Part shown: piece by piece, positions 61,890 to 64,000 of the stretch
Numbering within the stretch: position 1 is the first letter of the stretch
How the letters are laid out: every line of letters starts with the position of its first letter
Assembly: GCF_902713615.1 (NCBI RefSeq)
Contig: NC_052150.1
Coordinates: 205,327,353 to 205,391,352 of the forward strand
DNA length: 64,000 nt
Source: Scyliorhinus canicula
Taxonomy: Eukaryota
Reading direction: 5' to 3'
Made by a program: the position numbers and the translations under genes
Notes under the pieces: model-generated
Seen by the model: the letters and a program-made list of their open reading frames with translations, nothing else
Database searches by the model: none
Told to the model about the DNA's origin: nothing

Positions 61890-63625
61890 TTCATTCATGG
61901 CATATGGACGTCTCTGGCAATAATTGTCCATCCATATTTGCTCTTGAGAAGTAGTGAGTTGTCTACTTAAACGATGCAGTCCATGTATTGGAGGTACACC
62001 CACAGTGCTGTTAGGCAGGGAGTTCTAGGATTGTGATCCAGTGACAGTGACGGAATGATGATATAATTCCAAGTCAGGATGATGATTGAGTTGAAAGGGC
62101 GATGGTGGTGGTGTTCCTGTGCACCGGCTGCCCTTGTCCTTCTGGGTGGTGGAGATTGCGATGGTTGTGGGTTAGGAAGGTGTTGCCTAAGACACCTTGG
62201 TGAGTTCCTGCAGTGCACCTTATAGATGGTACACACTGTTGAGAGTTCCATCACATCTCTGACGTGTGCCTTGTAGATGGTGGATACATTTTGGGAAGAC
62301 GGGAGGTGAATTACTTACCACAGGATTCCTGGTCTCTGACCTGCTTTTGTAGCCACAATATTTACATGGCTGGTCCAGGTCAGTTTTTGGTTAATGGTAG
62401 CCCAAAGGATGTTGATCATGTGCAATTAAATGAAAATGAAAATTGCTTATTGTCACGAGTAGGCTTCAAATGAAGTTACTGTGAAAAGCCCCTAGTCGCC
62501 ACATTCCGCCGCCTGTTCGGGAAGGCTGTTTCGGCAATGCTCTTGAATGGAAAGAGTAGATGGTTAGATCCTCTTTTTGAGACAATGCCAGCTGCAGCTC
62601 AGCGGGTAGCACACTTGCTTCTGAATCTCAAGGTTCCTAGTTTATATCCTGCTTCAGTGCAAAAATCAAGGCTGACAGTCTAGTACGGTGCTGCGGGAGT
62701 ATTTCACTGTTAGAGGTGCTGCCTTTTGGATAAGACAGTAAACAAAGGCCCCAGTTGCCTGCTGGGGAGGAGGTGAATGATCTCATGGCACTGTCCAGTG
62801 TTGTCCTCGGCGTCCTGGCCTATCTTTATTTGGCAATCACAAAGACGAGTTTTTCTGGTCATTATAAAGTGCCATTTGTGGGAGTTTCTTGAGTCCAAAT
62901 TTGCTGGTGATTATATAATAGTGTCCGTAAAGTGCTTTGAGATGTCCGATGGTCATCAAAAGCACGAGATAAATGCAAGTCTTCCTTTTCTTGGAGATGG
63001 CTATCATCTGAACTCTGACCTTATCGTGGATGGAAGCAGCTGAAGATGGTTGGGCCGAGGACACTAACCTGAGGAACTCCTGCAGTGATGTCCTGGGATT
63101 GAGATGATTGACCAACAACAACAACAATCATCTTCCTTTGTGCCGGGTATGACTCCAACCAGGGGAGAGTTTCTTCCTTGATTTTTGTTTTAGTCTTTCA
63201 TAGGATGTGGGCATCATTAGCAAATCCAGCATTTGTTGCCCATCCCTAATTGCTCCTAAACTAACTATTTTCTGGATCATTTCAGAGGGCAGTGAAGAGT
63301 CAATTAGTTTGTCGTGGACTTGAGCATTAGTGAGCCAGATGCGATTTTACAATAATTGACGATAGTTTCGTGGTCAGCATTACTGAATGCCAGATTTATT
63401 ACTTGAATTTAAATTGCACCAACTGCCATGGTTGGATTTCAACCCATGCCCCAGGTTATTTGCCTGGGCCTCTGGAATACTAATCCCGAAGGTCCCATTG
63501 ACTCCAGTTTTGCTGGGGCTTCTTGGTGCCCTACTTGATCAAATAATGCCTTGATGTCAAGGCAGTCACTTTCTGGAATTCTGCTCTTTGATCCATGTTT
63601 GGGTCACGGCTGCTTTGAGGTCAGC
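61890..63625 (-). mobile_element. Degenerate CR1/L2-group LINE 3' region with nested SINEs
   Basis: ORF 61967..62254(-) CTIYKVHCRNSPRCLRQHLPNPQP... Its tail resembles the tail of the 2013-2340 SINE family. Confidence 0.7.
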
Positions 63626-64000
63626 AGCTGATGCAACCACCCACCCTCAGCTGACGGGTTTGTAGCTCCCGGAGCTGTGTTTAAACACCAGCCCAGTACT
63701 TTTGTATCACTCTATCCAGCCCAGCTGTCTTCACCAGACTGTGCAGGGTGTCAGCAACCCAGAGGGAAAAGGCTAGCCAGCCACCCACCGAGTCCATTAT
63801 CTGCGAGGCACACATGCCCCACTTGGATTTCTACTCACCGTATCTGGAGTCTCCATCCATTCTAGGGGCTTTTCACAGTAACTTCATTGAAGCCGACTTG
63901 TGACCATAAGCGATTATTATTCCCGTCCAATAAACAATGTTGACTCCCTTTGGCCCACTTGCTTGTGAGCTTTTCACGCAGGGTCCAGCTTCTCTCCCCT

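Overview
This is eukaryotic, repeat-dominated DNA, very probably from a cartilaginous fish (shark/catshark-like), judged by many HE1-type V-SINEs, HER1/CR1 LINE tails, Deu-type SINEs and GC-rich Harbinger MITEs. I cannot confidently identify any intact host protein-coding gene. The window is a mosaic of decayed mobile elements: CR1, Rex1/Babar, RTE and L2 LINEs; more than 20 SINEs with swappable heads and tails; at least three Ty3/Gypsy elements and several solo LTRs; a Buster-type hAT deletion derivative; four Harbinger remnants (HARBI1-like DDE plus Myb/SANT gene); and four GC-rich MITEs. AT-rich unique stretches between them look like intronic or intergenic regulatory DNA. The most interesting object is a full-length Gypsy element (32792-37130) nested in an older Gypsy. 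It has no tRNA-type primer-binding site. The PBS position is instead complementary to its own LTR poly(A)-signal region, which suggests self-priming or poly(A) masking, and its RT motif reads YLDN. Other notable structures are two local inverted templated insertions and an RTE LINE with twin-priming-like 5' inversion. Family names come from motif recognition only; no database search was run, and boundaries without TSDs are approximate.
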